From positions 160,001-224,000 of the forward strand of contig JAZDKB010000009.1 in the NCBI GenBank assembly GCA_043803405.1: 64,000 bases of DNA, written 5' to 3'. How positions within the stretch are numbered: the stretch's first letter is position 1; each line of letters begins with the position of its first letter. The position numbers were made by a program, and so were the translations under genes. This document shows positions 29,639 through 38,801 of this stretch, one piece after another. This DNA comes from Spirochaetota bacterium. Lineage in GTDB: Bacteria; Spirochaetota; UBA4802; JAFGDQ01. Below the pieces are notes generated by a model. That model searched no databases. It saw nothing but the letters and a program-made list of their open reading frames with translations, and was not told where the DNA came from.

Positions 29639-30308
29639 GGAACGAAAAAACGCGGGTACTGCAGCGGTTGCGCAGAGCCCATGGGACACACACTACTTAA
29701 AAACAAAATCCATACTCGCCTACCCGGACGAAAATCTTGTAAGAATGATTAAAGCATTTCTTATAGGCAAAAAACCGCATACACTTGCGTCTATTGATCT
29801 CGGATGCGGAACAGGCAGGCATCTTAAACTGCTTCACGAGTCCGGGTTCGACAATATTATGGGACTGGACACTAGCCTGAATGCCCTGGTCATGTGCAAA
29901 GGGCTTTACATACTGCCTCTCGTTCAGGGGAACAACATGTCTTTGCCTTTCAAAGACTCTGCTTTTGATGTGGCAATTTCGTGGGGCTCGCTTCACTACT
30001 GTGCAAAGGAACTTCTGAAACAGCAACTGAGCGAAATTCACCGCATAATGAAAAAAGGCGGACGCTTCTTCGGGACGCTCCGCTCCGATATGGACACGTA
30101 TTTGAAGACAGGTAAAAACATCGGGAATGATACGTGGGTTACGGACATTCCGGACATAAAGAATTCAGTAGTTTCTTTTTATAATGAAAGCGAACTGAAA
30201 GATGCGATGAGCATTTTCAGGGCATTCAAATACGGAACAATCGAAAGGACAATAATAGGCGACATGCAGAAAAGGATTTCACACTGGGTTTTCTGGGCAG
30301 ATAAATAA
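29628..30308 (+). CDS. Class I SAM-dependent methyltransferase
   Basis: IDLGCGTGRH motif I, LPFKDSAFD; overlaps the xth stop. Confidence 0.85.
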   Translation: MENKERKNAGTAAVAQSPWDTHYLKTKSILAYPDENLVRMIKAFLIGKKPHTLASIDLGCGTGRHLKLLHESGFDNIMGLDTSLNALVMCKGLYILPLVQGNNMSLPFKDSAFDVAISWGSLHYCAKELLKQQLSEIHRIMKKGGRFFGTLRSDMDTYLKTGKNIGNDTWVTDIPDIKNSVVSFYNESELKDAMSIFRAFKYGTIERTIIGDMQKRISHWVFWADK

Positions 30309-30328
30309 CGCCTGCGGAAGCTAAAGTT

Positions 30329-31261
30329 TTGAACGCAAAACTCTATCAATATCTTATGAAAACCAATAATAAGCCCGGATTATTCAGCAAACCCCTAACC
30401 GTATGCCCGTTGTGTAAAAGCAAAAACATTAAGCCATATTATCTTATTAAAAATTACAAACAGCATTTTAAAACAGATAAATGTACAGACTGCGGATTTA
30501 TATTCATGAATCCGAGATTCGGCAATAAAGTCCTTAAAGACATGTACTCCGAGCATTATTACACAGGAAACGCGGAATATAAGTATTACGATGAAAGGGA
30601 CGCGGAAAAATACTCGCGCTATGTGTGGGAAAAGAGAGTAAGGAAGATAAGGCAATACGCGGACGGCGGCAGCTTTCTGGATGTGGGGTGCGCTTTCGGC
30701 GGGCTGCTTAAAACAGCGTCGGAGCATTTTACTCCGTACGGCATAGAGCTCTCGGAATATTCCGCAGGATACGCAAAAAAAGCGTTCGGGAGCAAAATCC
30801 ATTGCGGGAGCCTGGCAGATCACCGCTTTAAACGGGGCTCTTTCTCGGTCATTACCATGATCGAACTGCTGGAGCATATCGCTGACCCGGTATTCGCAAT
30901 AAACGAATGCTATAAGCTTTTAATAAAAGGCGGGCTTCTTGTTGTTCAGACTGCGAACATGAACGCTCTCCAGGCAAGGATACTGAAAGACATGTATGCT
31001 TACTTTATGCCCGGACATGTATCGTATTTCAGTAAAAAGAATCTGACAGATATTTTAATTAAAGCAGGGTTCAGCAAAATAAAAGTATACTACCCGGTGG
31101 AATTCGGGCTGCTTCCAAAGCTTTTAAAATCGCGATATACTTTCAAATCACTGTTCGATTACAGGCACTGGATGAGAATTGCGTATTACCACTGCATAAG
31201 CAAGCTGCACTTTAAAGATTTCGCTGCTACAAGTTCCATGGTGATTTACGCGGTGAAGTAA
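30329..31261 (+). CDS. Class I SAM-dependent methyltransferase with N-terminal CxxC...CxxC zinc ribbon
   Basis: CPLC...CTDC, FLDVGCAFG, ELLEHIADP. The start may be ATG 30356. Confidence 0.85.
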   Translation: MNAKLYQYLMKTNNKPGLFSKPLTVCPLCKSKNIKPYYLIKNYKQHFKTDKCTDCGFIFMNPRFGNKVLKDMYSEHYYTGNAEYKYYDERDAEKYSRYVWEKRVRKIRQYADGGSFLDVGCAFGGLLKTASEHFTPYGIELSEYSAGYAKKAFGSKIHCGSLADHRFKRGSFSVITMIELLEHIADPVFAINECYKLLIKGGLLVVQTANMNALQARILKDMYAYFMPGHVSYFSKKNLTDILIKAGFSKIKVYYPVEFGLLPKLLKSRYTFKSLFDYRHWMRIAYYHCISKLHFKDFAATSSMVIYAVK

Positions 31262-31813
31262 TTATTTTATCAGCTTGCTTATTGCCTTGAACTCCTCAGT
31301 GCCCGAATACTCCAGAAGCTGAAAGAGTATCATCTCCGTTGAAACTATAAAAACGCCCGACTGCCGCATCCTTTCCAGGGCAATCGATTTATTTTTCAAA
31401 GTCCTCGAAGAGACAGCATCCGCGACCAGGTGCACTTCGAGGTTGAGCTTAAGCGCATCGAGCGCTGTTTTTAGCAGGCATACGTGCGCCTCAACGCCGA
31501 AAAGCACAAGCGATTCTACGCCAAGCGCAGTTATTTTGTTTCTGAATTCGCTGTTTCCGAAGCAGCTGAAATGCAGCTTTTCTATAATCGCCGCGTTCTT
31601 TGGCAGCATTATTTCCCTGAGCGTTCTTCCAAGGCCTTTCGGGTACTGCTCCGTTGCAACAACCGGTATATTTAAAATACCGGCAGCCTGAATAAGTATC
31701 CTGGCATTTGAAATGACCTCTTTTATTCCTTTTATTGCTGTATTAAATCTGTCCTGTATGTCTATCTCTACAAATGCGGTTTTACTTTTTTCTATAATTC
31801 CCAACTTATCCAT
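31262..31813 (-). CDS. Isochorismatase-family hydrolase
   Basis: IDIQDR, TEQYPKGLG, KLHFSC, GVEAHVC, DAVSSR. Start set at the internal ATG with a GGAGG RBS. Confidence 0.9.
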   Translation of the reverse strand: MDKLGIIEKSKTAFVEIDIQDRFNTAIKGIKEVISNARILIQAAGILNIPVVATEQYPKGLGRTLREIMLPKNAAIIEKLHFSCFGNSEFRNKITALGVESLVLFGVEAHVCLLKTALDALKLNLEVHLVADAVSSRTLKNKSIALERMRQSGVFIVSTEMILFQLLEYSGTEEFKAISKLIK

Positions 31814-31936
31814 GCCTGCCTCCCGGATATTACTGTCTTGACTTAATTGTAAGACAAATTTATAATATGTGAACCTAAAAAAATAATATAAAACAGTAAA
31901 TTTATTTTTTACAAGCAATTTTATTGAGGTGAAATT

Positions 31937-32599
31937 ATGTCGATAATAAACATGATGGAAGATAAAATAAAAGCAACCGTAAATGATATTCTTTCCCTCA
32001 GGGAAGACAGGTTTCTTCTGACGAAATATATGGAAGATATTGTAGCTTATGTTCTTAACAGGGTTCCTGCAAGGTATGTGACAAGCGAAAGAGGCTTTGT
32101 GCATACGGAAATCGACTTTTCAATAAACACGCAGTTACAGGCTGATATACGGTTATGCGTAAATAATGCCATAAGGACACTCTCGCAGAGGAGAGAGCCG
32201 GATGAACATACCTCAATAACGGAAGATCTTTTCGGAAAACATTACTATTTCCCTTATATAGTCGGAGAAGTACTCGAAGAAACAACCTTCTCCATAATCC
32301 CTGATGTTGAAGTACAATTGCTGTACAACAATTTTCCGGTTCCGATGATCGATCCCGGCTGGTCAAATCCTTTCTATACATGTGAAGCAACCAAAGGTTT
32401 TTTTCTTTTCTGGCCCGATTTTCTTAAAGGTGAAATGGATGAAGCAGGCGACAACATTTTTAAACTGGTATTCCGCCATAAAAAGTTTCTTAAGAAAGAG
32501 ACATCTTTCGCCATCAGAGCGCTTGAAAAATTAAATTATAATAAATCGCAGGTAGTTCCTCTGGTTCTTCTAAACCTTCAAAGCGGAGAAACATTATAA
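31937..32599 (+). CDS. Late competence development ComFB-family protein with C-terminal extension
   Basis: NMMEDKI...EDIVAYVLNRVPARYVTSERG ComFB signature; GAGGTG RBS. Confidence 0.75.
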   Translation: MSIINMMEDKIKATVNDILSLREDRFLLTKYMEDIVAYVLNRVPARYVTSERGFVHTEIDFSINTQLQADIRLCVNNAIRTLSQRREPDEHTSITEDLFGKHYYFPYIVGEVLEETTFSIIPDVEVQLLYNNFPVPMIDPGWSNPFYTCEATKGFFLFWPDFLKGEMDEAGDNIFKLVFRHKKFLKKETSFAIRALEKLNYNKSQVVPLVLLNLQSGETL

Positions 32600-32711
32600 T
32601 GCATTTTTATTATTGCTTTGCCTTGACTTTTTAAATGCTCTTTTTATAGTTGTATCCAGATAATTACCTGCATGATCAAATAAAAGCGGCAGTAAAATAA
32701 ATATTATAAAT

Positions 32712-33797
32712 ATGAACGATCAAAAACAATTTACCAGCCTGAGCGATGAAGTAATTCATAATTTTCCGACAGGAATATTTGTAATTAATCCATCCGGGGA
32801 AATGCTAATTGAAAATCCGGCATTAAAGAAAACCCTGGGATTCGACCCCGAAAGCACCAATGTCGGGATGGAGCTTTACCGCTTTATCAAGTCCGATCCA
32901 AAGCTGAACCAGTATCTTGAAGATGCTGCGAACGATAAAAAAACCGTTAAGATTGAAAATTTAACCTACACCCTGCATAGAGACAAGAATGAAATAATAA
33001 TTAATATCTCGATTATACCCTTAGTTGACGAACAAAAAGTAATTAGATATTATTTCTTTTTAATCGAGGACGTAACCAAGCATGCATTAATATACAGCAA
33101 AATACATCGCCAGGAAAAGCTGTCGACTATCGGGATAATGGCTTCCGGTGTTGCGGAAGAAATAAAATGGCCGCTCAGCCATATAATGATCAATCTTGAT
33201 TTTGTCGAAAAGAATACAAGTGAAGACAGCCCCATGAGGTCATATTTGCAGGCAATAAAAGACGATCTTAGCAGAATAAGGTTCGTGTCAAAACAAATGA
33301 CCGACCTGTCATTGCCTCAAACAGAAAGCAATGAAGATGTCTGTGATGTGAATAAACTCTTCTTATCCCAGCCGCTTAAGGCAAAATTAAACAAAATAAA
33401 GGAAAGAGGCATTACGGTAAAAATGTCTTTTCCTAAAAAAGCAGCAAAAGTAAAAGCTAATGAGAACAATTTAATACAGGCATTCACGCATATTATACGA
33501 AATGCGTCCGAAGCCATGCCGGAGGAAGGGACCCTTACCGTAATTGTCGAATCCATCACTGAAAAGGAAAACGATATTATTGCGATTACGATTACCGATA
33601 CAGGCATGGGCATACCTGAGCAAAATCTTCCTAATATTTTCAAGCCGTTTTTCAGCACAAAAGGCCGCAGCGGAATAGGACTGGGGCTTATGGTGGCATA
33701 TTCCATTGTTGACAATCTTGGAGGAGCTATAGGAATTAAAAGCATGCCCGGTGTAGGCACATCAGTCCGGATTGTGCTTCCGGCATTATCAATATAA
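32712..33797 (+). CDS. PAS-HisKA-HATPase protein lacking the phospho-acceptor His
   Basis: H-box reads ASGVAEEIKWP. N, G1 (DTGMGI), F (IFKPFFSTK) and G2 (GIGLGL) boxes are present. Confidence 0.8.
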   Translation: MNDQKQFTSLSDEVIHNFPTGIFVINPSGEMLIENPALKKTLGFDPESTNVGMELYRFIKSDPKLNQYLEDAANDKKTVKIENLTYTLHRDKNEIIINISIIPLVDEQKVIRYYFFLIEDVTKHALIYSKIHRQEKLSTIGIMASGVAEEIKWPLSHIMINLDFVEKNTSEDSPMRSYLQAIKDDLSRIRFVSKQMTDLSLPQTESNEDVCDVNKLFLSQPLKAKLNKIKERGITVKMSFPKKAAKVKANENNLIQAFTHIIRNASEAMPEEGTLTVIVESITEKENDIIAITITDTGMGIPEQNLPNIFKPFFSTKGRSGIGLGLMVAYSIVDNLGGAIGIKSMPGVGTSVRIVLPALSI

Positions 33798-33928
33798 AAA
33801 AAAATAAAGTTAAGGCAAAAAAGTCGTTTCAAAGAGCACACTGCGCAAACCCCGAAATAATAGCTGCTACTTTGTTTGAATGACTTATAACTTTTACAGC
33901 AAGATTAATAGTAAAGTTGGATTAAGAA

Positions 33929-35455
33929 ATGAATAATCATCAAATAAACGACAGCTATGTATCAATTGAATCCGCGCTTAAACGTGACGGATATTTTGTA
34001 TTCTCCCATGATGATATAAAACCTCACGAGAGTGAAAATAAACTGAGGCTGGTACATAACAGGCCGACCGGCGTTACTCATGCAAAAATTCCTGATGCCG
34101 GCGAAGCACCCGGAATAAAAATTCCTGAAAAACCTGCCAGCATAATACCCGAAGGCTATAAAAAAGGCGCCAAACCTGAACCGACGCACTATGTGGAAAC
34201 CGATTACAATATTTCCACTATTATCTCACATCTTCAGGAGCATATGCGCAGAATCTCCACGAATGTAATCGGCAGGGATGATATTATACAGCAGCTGATG
34301 TATGCTATTCTTACGGGCGAACACATGCTTCTTCTGTCGAGAACCGGAATGGCAAAATCTTACCTGGCTAATGAAGTATTTAACAGCTTCGAAAATGTAA
34401 GGATTTTTTCAGCTCAGGCAAGCAAGGACCAGACTCCTGATAATTACTTCGGCCCGTACAACATCGAAGAATTTAAGAAAGGCATAATACGGCATAACAT
34501 AAAAGGCTCAATAATAGAGGCAAACCTGGTTTTGCTCGATGAGTTCTTTGACGCAAGCGATGTTGTTTTAAGGTCGCTTTTATCTGTTCTTAATGAACGG
34601 AAATTCGTAAACGGATCGGAACAGATAGACGTAGCTATTCACACAGCTATTGCTACAGCAAATTACATGAGATTAAACGAAGTAACCGAAGCCATTCTCG
34701 ACCGTTTTCTTTACAAAGCAATAATACCGGAAGACGACGACATGTATAACAGGCTTCTGATAGATCAGGCATATAGCATTCGAAAGGGCAAACCTGAAGA
34801 ACCTATGCGAAAAATTCCATTTGATCAGATCGTCTTTCTGCATAATGTCATTAAAAACAACAACAAAAAAATCCAGATTAATTTCCCGGATTCGGTTAAG
34901 TTTTTAAAAAATGTTATAATAAACAAATTTATTTCCGAGATCAGAAAAAGCGAGCCTGAATTTTTCATAAGCCCCAGAAAACAGGCAAAGATAGCCGATT
35001 TTCTGAGAGCGACTGCAATATTAGACAACAGGTACGAAATTACCATGCAGGATTTAAGGAACATGTATATCGGCCTTGTTACGCTGAACAGGTATGTTTC
35101 TGTTAAACAGAAAGACAGACTGTTTACGGATATTTTTATAGATACTTATGAACAGACGATGTCCCATTTTAAAGCTACCAACGCTTTTCAGCAGATAGAT
35201 TTTTTACTTAATATTAAAAATATATTTCAGGTATTAAGAGATAATCCTGAAAAGAAGGAAACCCTTCATGAAGAGAAAGGACTTCTTCAGAGTCTAAAAA
35301 ATATTCTAGTTAAAATATTTCCTTTAAAAACAAAGGAAGAAGACGTACTAACAATTGAATCATTGAGAAAAAATATTGTTGAGCTCAATCCGTCGGTAGA
35401 AGAAGTCAGGGAACTTAAGCAGGGAATCCTCCGCGATTATAAGGATATTTACTAA
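33929..35455 (+). CDS. MoxR/RavA-like AAA+ ATPase
   Basis: VIGRDDII...GEHMLLLSRTGMAKS (variant Walker A), VLLDEFF, LLSVLNER, AILDRFL. Confidence 0.8.
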   Translation: MNNHQINDSYVSIESALKRDGYFVFSHDDIKPHESENKLRLVHNRPTGVTHAKIPDAGEAPGIKIPEKPASIIPEGYKKGAKPEPTHYVETDYNISTIISHLQEHMRRISTNVIGRDDIIQQLMYAILTGEHMLLLSRTGMAKSYLANEVFNSFENVRIFSAQASKDQTPDNYFGPYNIEEFKKGIIRHNIKGSIIEANLVLLDEFFDASDVVLRSLLSVLNERKFVNGSEQIDVAIHTAIATANYMRLNEVTEAILDRFLYKAIIPEDDDMYNRLLIDQAYSIRKGKPEEPMRKIPFDQIVFLHNVIKNNNKKIQINFPDSVKFLKNVIINKFISEIRKSEPEFFISPRKQAKIADFLRATAILDNRYEITMQDLRNMYIGLVTLNRYVSVKQKDRLFTDIFIDTYEQTMSHFKATNAFQQIDFLLNIKNIFQVLRDNPEKKETLHEEKGLLQSLKNILVKIFPLKTKEEDVLTIESLRKNIVELNPSVEEVRELKQGILRDYKDIY

Positions 35456-35466
35456 GGTTAACCCAA

Positions 35467-37113
35467 TTGAATGAGAAAGGCTCTTCATTGACCGGCGGAC
35501 CGCAACCGCCGGATTTTTTTCAATACTGGGAATCATTAGGATATTTCGAGAATATCCGCTCCTTTTTGCCGCGCCAGTTCTTTATTCTGTTCGAGATAGC
35601 CCGGCTTATTGCCACCCCCGACTCGACTTTAAAAGCCAGAAACGCCATTGAAGACTTATTAAAAAAAGATAAAACGGAAGCATACGACAGGGATAAAAAC
35701 ATCTTAATAAACAGGATGGAAAGAAATGCCCCTATAAGCGATAAAATGGATATCCAGCATTACAAAACAATATATGACCTGAAGAAATCCATACCGAGAG
35801 AACTTGCGTGGGAAAAGGAGATTTTCGACATCAAGCTTTTAACAAGAACACTGTTCGTCCAGAAATTCTTCGAATCGGACTCGGACAAATTCAAGCCTAT
35901 ATCCCAGGCAAACGAGGAGGACGGACGGAGCAAAACAAAATTTGAACAGAAATTCTATCTTCTTCTCGACAGATCGCGTTCAATGGAAAAACGCATGAGA
36001 GCTTTTTATTCAAAAAGCATTGTTGTCGAGTTTTTCAGAAGAAAGATGGACAGCAATGCCAAGTTATATTACAGGGCATTTGACACCAAACCGGGAACTC
36101 TCGTAAAAATAGAAAAAAAGGAAGATTATCCGAATTTAATCGAAAAAGTAATTTTAACCACTACAGGCGGAGTAAGCACAAATATGCAGTCTGCCATTTT
36201 TCAGGCTATTGACGATATTTCTTTCGATAAAGACATGACGGATGCCGAAATACTGGTAGTTACGGACGGGCTTGTGCATGACCTTAACATACCTAAAATG
36301 AAGGAAAAGCTTAAAGGCATTAAATTGAATATCCTTAAAATTGGGCAGGATATGGCTGAACCTAACGGATATGAAATTAAGCGGGTGCTTGCGGAAGCGG
36401 GCCACGATTTTAATCCATTCTCAATAAGCCTTAAGGAAATAAAAAATAAATTCAATAACCCGGACAACGCCAGGAATATTTCCCAGGCGGAGCATGTTGT
36501 CTACAAGTACATGCTTGAATGCTCCGATAAAATAATCAGGGACATTAAAGAGATTTCCCATAAATTTATTGAAATTGAGGATATACAGTCCGCTTACACT
36601 GAATACATGAATAAGGATGCTTCTATATTTGTCGAAAAGGCCATTGATGAATTAATGAATATAAACATGGATGATAAGACTCTGGAAGAATTATCAATTA
36701 TATATAAAAAAGCATTTTTTTTAAGCCAGTACATAGAATTTCTCTTAAAAACCGATAAAATGAAAGATAATTCAAAGCTTATAGAAGCATCACAGGAGCT
36801 TTTTTCTTTAAAGCAGACAATGCTCGCAAATCCAAACCTGCTTGACATTATAATGAGAAATAAAGGATTTGAAGACGACAAGCAGGTTACCAAGGCAGCA
36901 AAAAAAGCAGCCAAAGAGAATATGAATGAACTGCTTAATCAAAAGAAAGCATTATCGAAAAACGACATTAAAAATGCAAAAATGATTTTCACCATGGGCG
37001 GGCATGGCGGAACCGGAAGCCCCGGACAATTATTATACGTTTTGTTTGTTAAGTTGTGGGAATGGATAAAATCAGTTTTTAGAAAAATATTCCGGAAAGA
37101 AAAAACGGAATAA
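35467..37113 (+). CDS. VWA (MIDAS) domain protein, ViaA/CoxE-like partner
   Basis: LLDRSRSM (DxSxS), GGVSTN, VVTDG; 11 bp downstream of the AAA gene. Confidence 0.72.
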   Translation: MNEKGSSLTGGPQPPDFFQYWESLGYFENIRSFLPRQFFILFEIARLIATPDSTLKARNAIEDLLKKDKTEAYDRDKNILINRMERNAPISDKMDIQHYKTIYDLKKSIPRELAWEKEIFDIKLLTRTLFVQKFFESDSDKFKPISQANEEDGRSKTKFEQKFYLLLDRSRSMEKRMRAFYSKSIVVEFFRRKMDSNAKLYYRAFDTKPGTLVKIEKKEDYPNLIEKVILTTTGGVSTNMQSAIFQAIDDISFDKDMTDAEILVVTDGLVHDLNIPKMKEKLKGIKLNILKIGQDMAEPNGYEIKRVLAEAGHDFNPFSISLKEIKNKFNNPDNARNISQAEHVVYKYMLECSDKIIRDIKEISHKFIEIEDIQSAYTEYMNKDASIFVEKAIDELMNINMDDKTLEELSIIYKKAFFLSQYIEFLLKTDKMKDNSKLIEASQELFSLKQTMLANPNLLDIIMRNKGFEDDKQVTKAAKKAAKENMNELLNQKKALSKNDIKNAKMIFTMGGHGGTGSPGQLLYVLFVKLWEWIKSVFRKIFRKEKTE

Positions 37114-37117
37114 TCCT

Positions 37118-38512
37118 CTAACCGTTCAGGCTTTTATAAATCTCCCTTGCCTTGCTGAGCAGAGTTTCCTTTTTGTTCGCTTCCGGATCATCCAGCACTA
37201 TTTCAAGGAGTTCATTCAGTATTTTTCCGATAATGGGCCCGGGCTCCACGTTAAATTCGGACATAATAACATTGCCGTCTATATCGAGATCCTTTACGGT
37301 AAGCGCGCTGTCTTCTTCGATAACCCTGGCGATCCTTCTTTGCAGTTCCATTATGGGAGCTGGCAGGCCGCTGCGCTGGCCGTTGCCGATTCTGTCGGCC
37401 AGCCTCAGCATTAAAAGATCGTTTAAATTTTCCAGGCCGACTTTTCGCATAAATCTTCTGACAGCCCCGTCAGTCCACACATCGACATAATGAAACATGT
37501 GATTCACTATCAGATTCGCGACTTTACCGGTCTCTTCATTGGAGAATTTTAATCTTTTCATTATCCTTCTGGTAATTTTTGCGCCGACCACTTCGTGGTT
37601 ATAAAAAGTCCCTTCCCCGTCTTCATCTTCTTTTCTTGTCACGAATTTCCCTATATCATGCAACAGGGCTGCGAACTTTATTATGCGGTCCGCGTCTGGT
37701 ATTGCGTCGCAGGAGTAAAGGCTGTGATAATAAATATCATAAATATGATATTTATTCTGTTTAACGTTAAAACCCTCAAGGAGTTCCGGCAGTACAAGTT
37801 TCATTAGCCCGGATTCGCGCATATACTCAAGCCCGATTGAAGGCCTCTCTGCGTCCATAAGCTTTAAAAGCTCATCCCGTATTCTTTCGGCTGACACTGC
37901 CTTTGCAGTATCGAGAGTTTTCGGTATTGCGGATAATGTGTCTGCGTCAATGCTGAAATAGAGCTTTGCCGCAAATCTGCACGCCCTGAACGGCCTAAGC
38001 CCGTCTTCGCTGAATCTGTCAACAGGATTACCTATTGTACGGATAATCCTGCTGTCTATATCCGCAAGCCCTCCTGCATAATCGATTATTTTTTCTTCTT
38101 TAATATCGTATGCCAGGCCGTTGATTGTAAAATCTCTTCTTTTGACATCTTCCTCAAGTGTTTTGGAAAAATGAACGGCCTCCGGCCTGCGGCCGTCAAG
38201 GTATTTCCCGTCCGCGCGGTAAGTGGTTATTTCGTACTGCTTTTCTTTCATCAGGACCGATACAGTGCCGTGTTTTATTCCCGTAGGCACTACCCTTCTG
38301 AAAATACTTACGACATCTTCGGGAAGCGCGTTTGTAGCAAAATCGTAATCCAGCACATCGTGGCCCAGAACAAGATCGCGGACAGACCCTCCGACTAAAT
38401 AGCACTCGAAGCCCTTTTCATTGAATTTGTTAACTATCTCAATTATATCTTTTTTGACAGGTTCCGCGATATAAAGCTGTTTTTTTAATATTTTTGAATT
38501 CAAGAGTTCCAT
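37118..38512 (-). CDS. cca: CCA tRNA nucleotidyltransferase / poly(A) polymerase family with HD domain
   Basis: LVGGSVRD, DYDFAT, RRDFTIN, FSEDGLR, LLHDIGK. Confidence 0.88.
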   Translation of the reverse strand: MELLNSKILKKQLYIAEPVKKDIIEIVNKFNEKGFECYLVGGSVRDLVLGHDVLDYDFATNALPEDVVSIFRRVVPTGIKHGTVSVLMKEKQYEITTYRADGKYLDGRRPEAVHFSKTLEEDVKRRDFTINGLAYDIKEEKIIDYAGGLADIDSRIIRTIGNPVDRFSEDGLRPFRACRFAAKLYFSIDADTLSAIPKTLDTAKAVSAERIRDELLKLMDAERPSIGLEYMRESGLMKLVLPELLEGFNVKQNKYHIYDIYYHSLYSCDAIPDADRIIKFAALLHDIGKFVTRKEDEDGEGTFYNHEVVGAKITRRIMKRLKFSNEETGKVANLIVNHMFHYVDVWTDGAVRRFMRKVGLENLNDLLMLRLADRIGNGQRSGLPAPIMELQRRIARVIEEDSALTVKDLDIDGNVIMSEFNVEPGPIIGKILNELLEIVLDDPEANKKETLLSKAREIYKSLNG

Positions 38513-38574
38513 GTTAATAGATTAAATTGATTTTTTAAGACATTTAAGCAAGAGAGAAAGCGGCTAAAAAGAAC

Positions 38575-38700
38575 TCCCGCCGTACATAAAACCCTTCCCG
38601 CAAAACCTGCATACCTTCCCGCGGATATAAACATTGCTCCCGCATTTTCTGCAAGGGTTCCTGCAATCCCGGATATGGCTCCCGCAAGCCATACATATCT
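38575..38700. repeat. Degenerate 21-bp-period array with conserved TCCCGC
   Basis: TCCCGC (one TCCTGC) starts at 38575, 38596, 38617, 38638, 38659 and 38680. Confidence 0.7.
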
Positions 38701-38801
38701 TTAATATGTGAAATACGCTCAAATGACGGGCAGTGCAACGTTAAGCAAAGCGCCGGTTAACTGGCAACTCTATTATACTTTAATTCGGGGAAAAACGTCT
38801 A

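Noticed and set aside
31814..32104. N-terminal 97 aa of the ORF-track isochorismatase
   Set aside because: It overlaps the divergent ComFB gene. The real start is ATG 31813 with an RBS.
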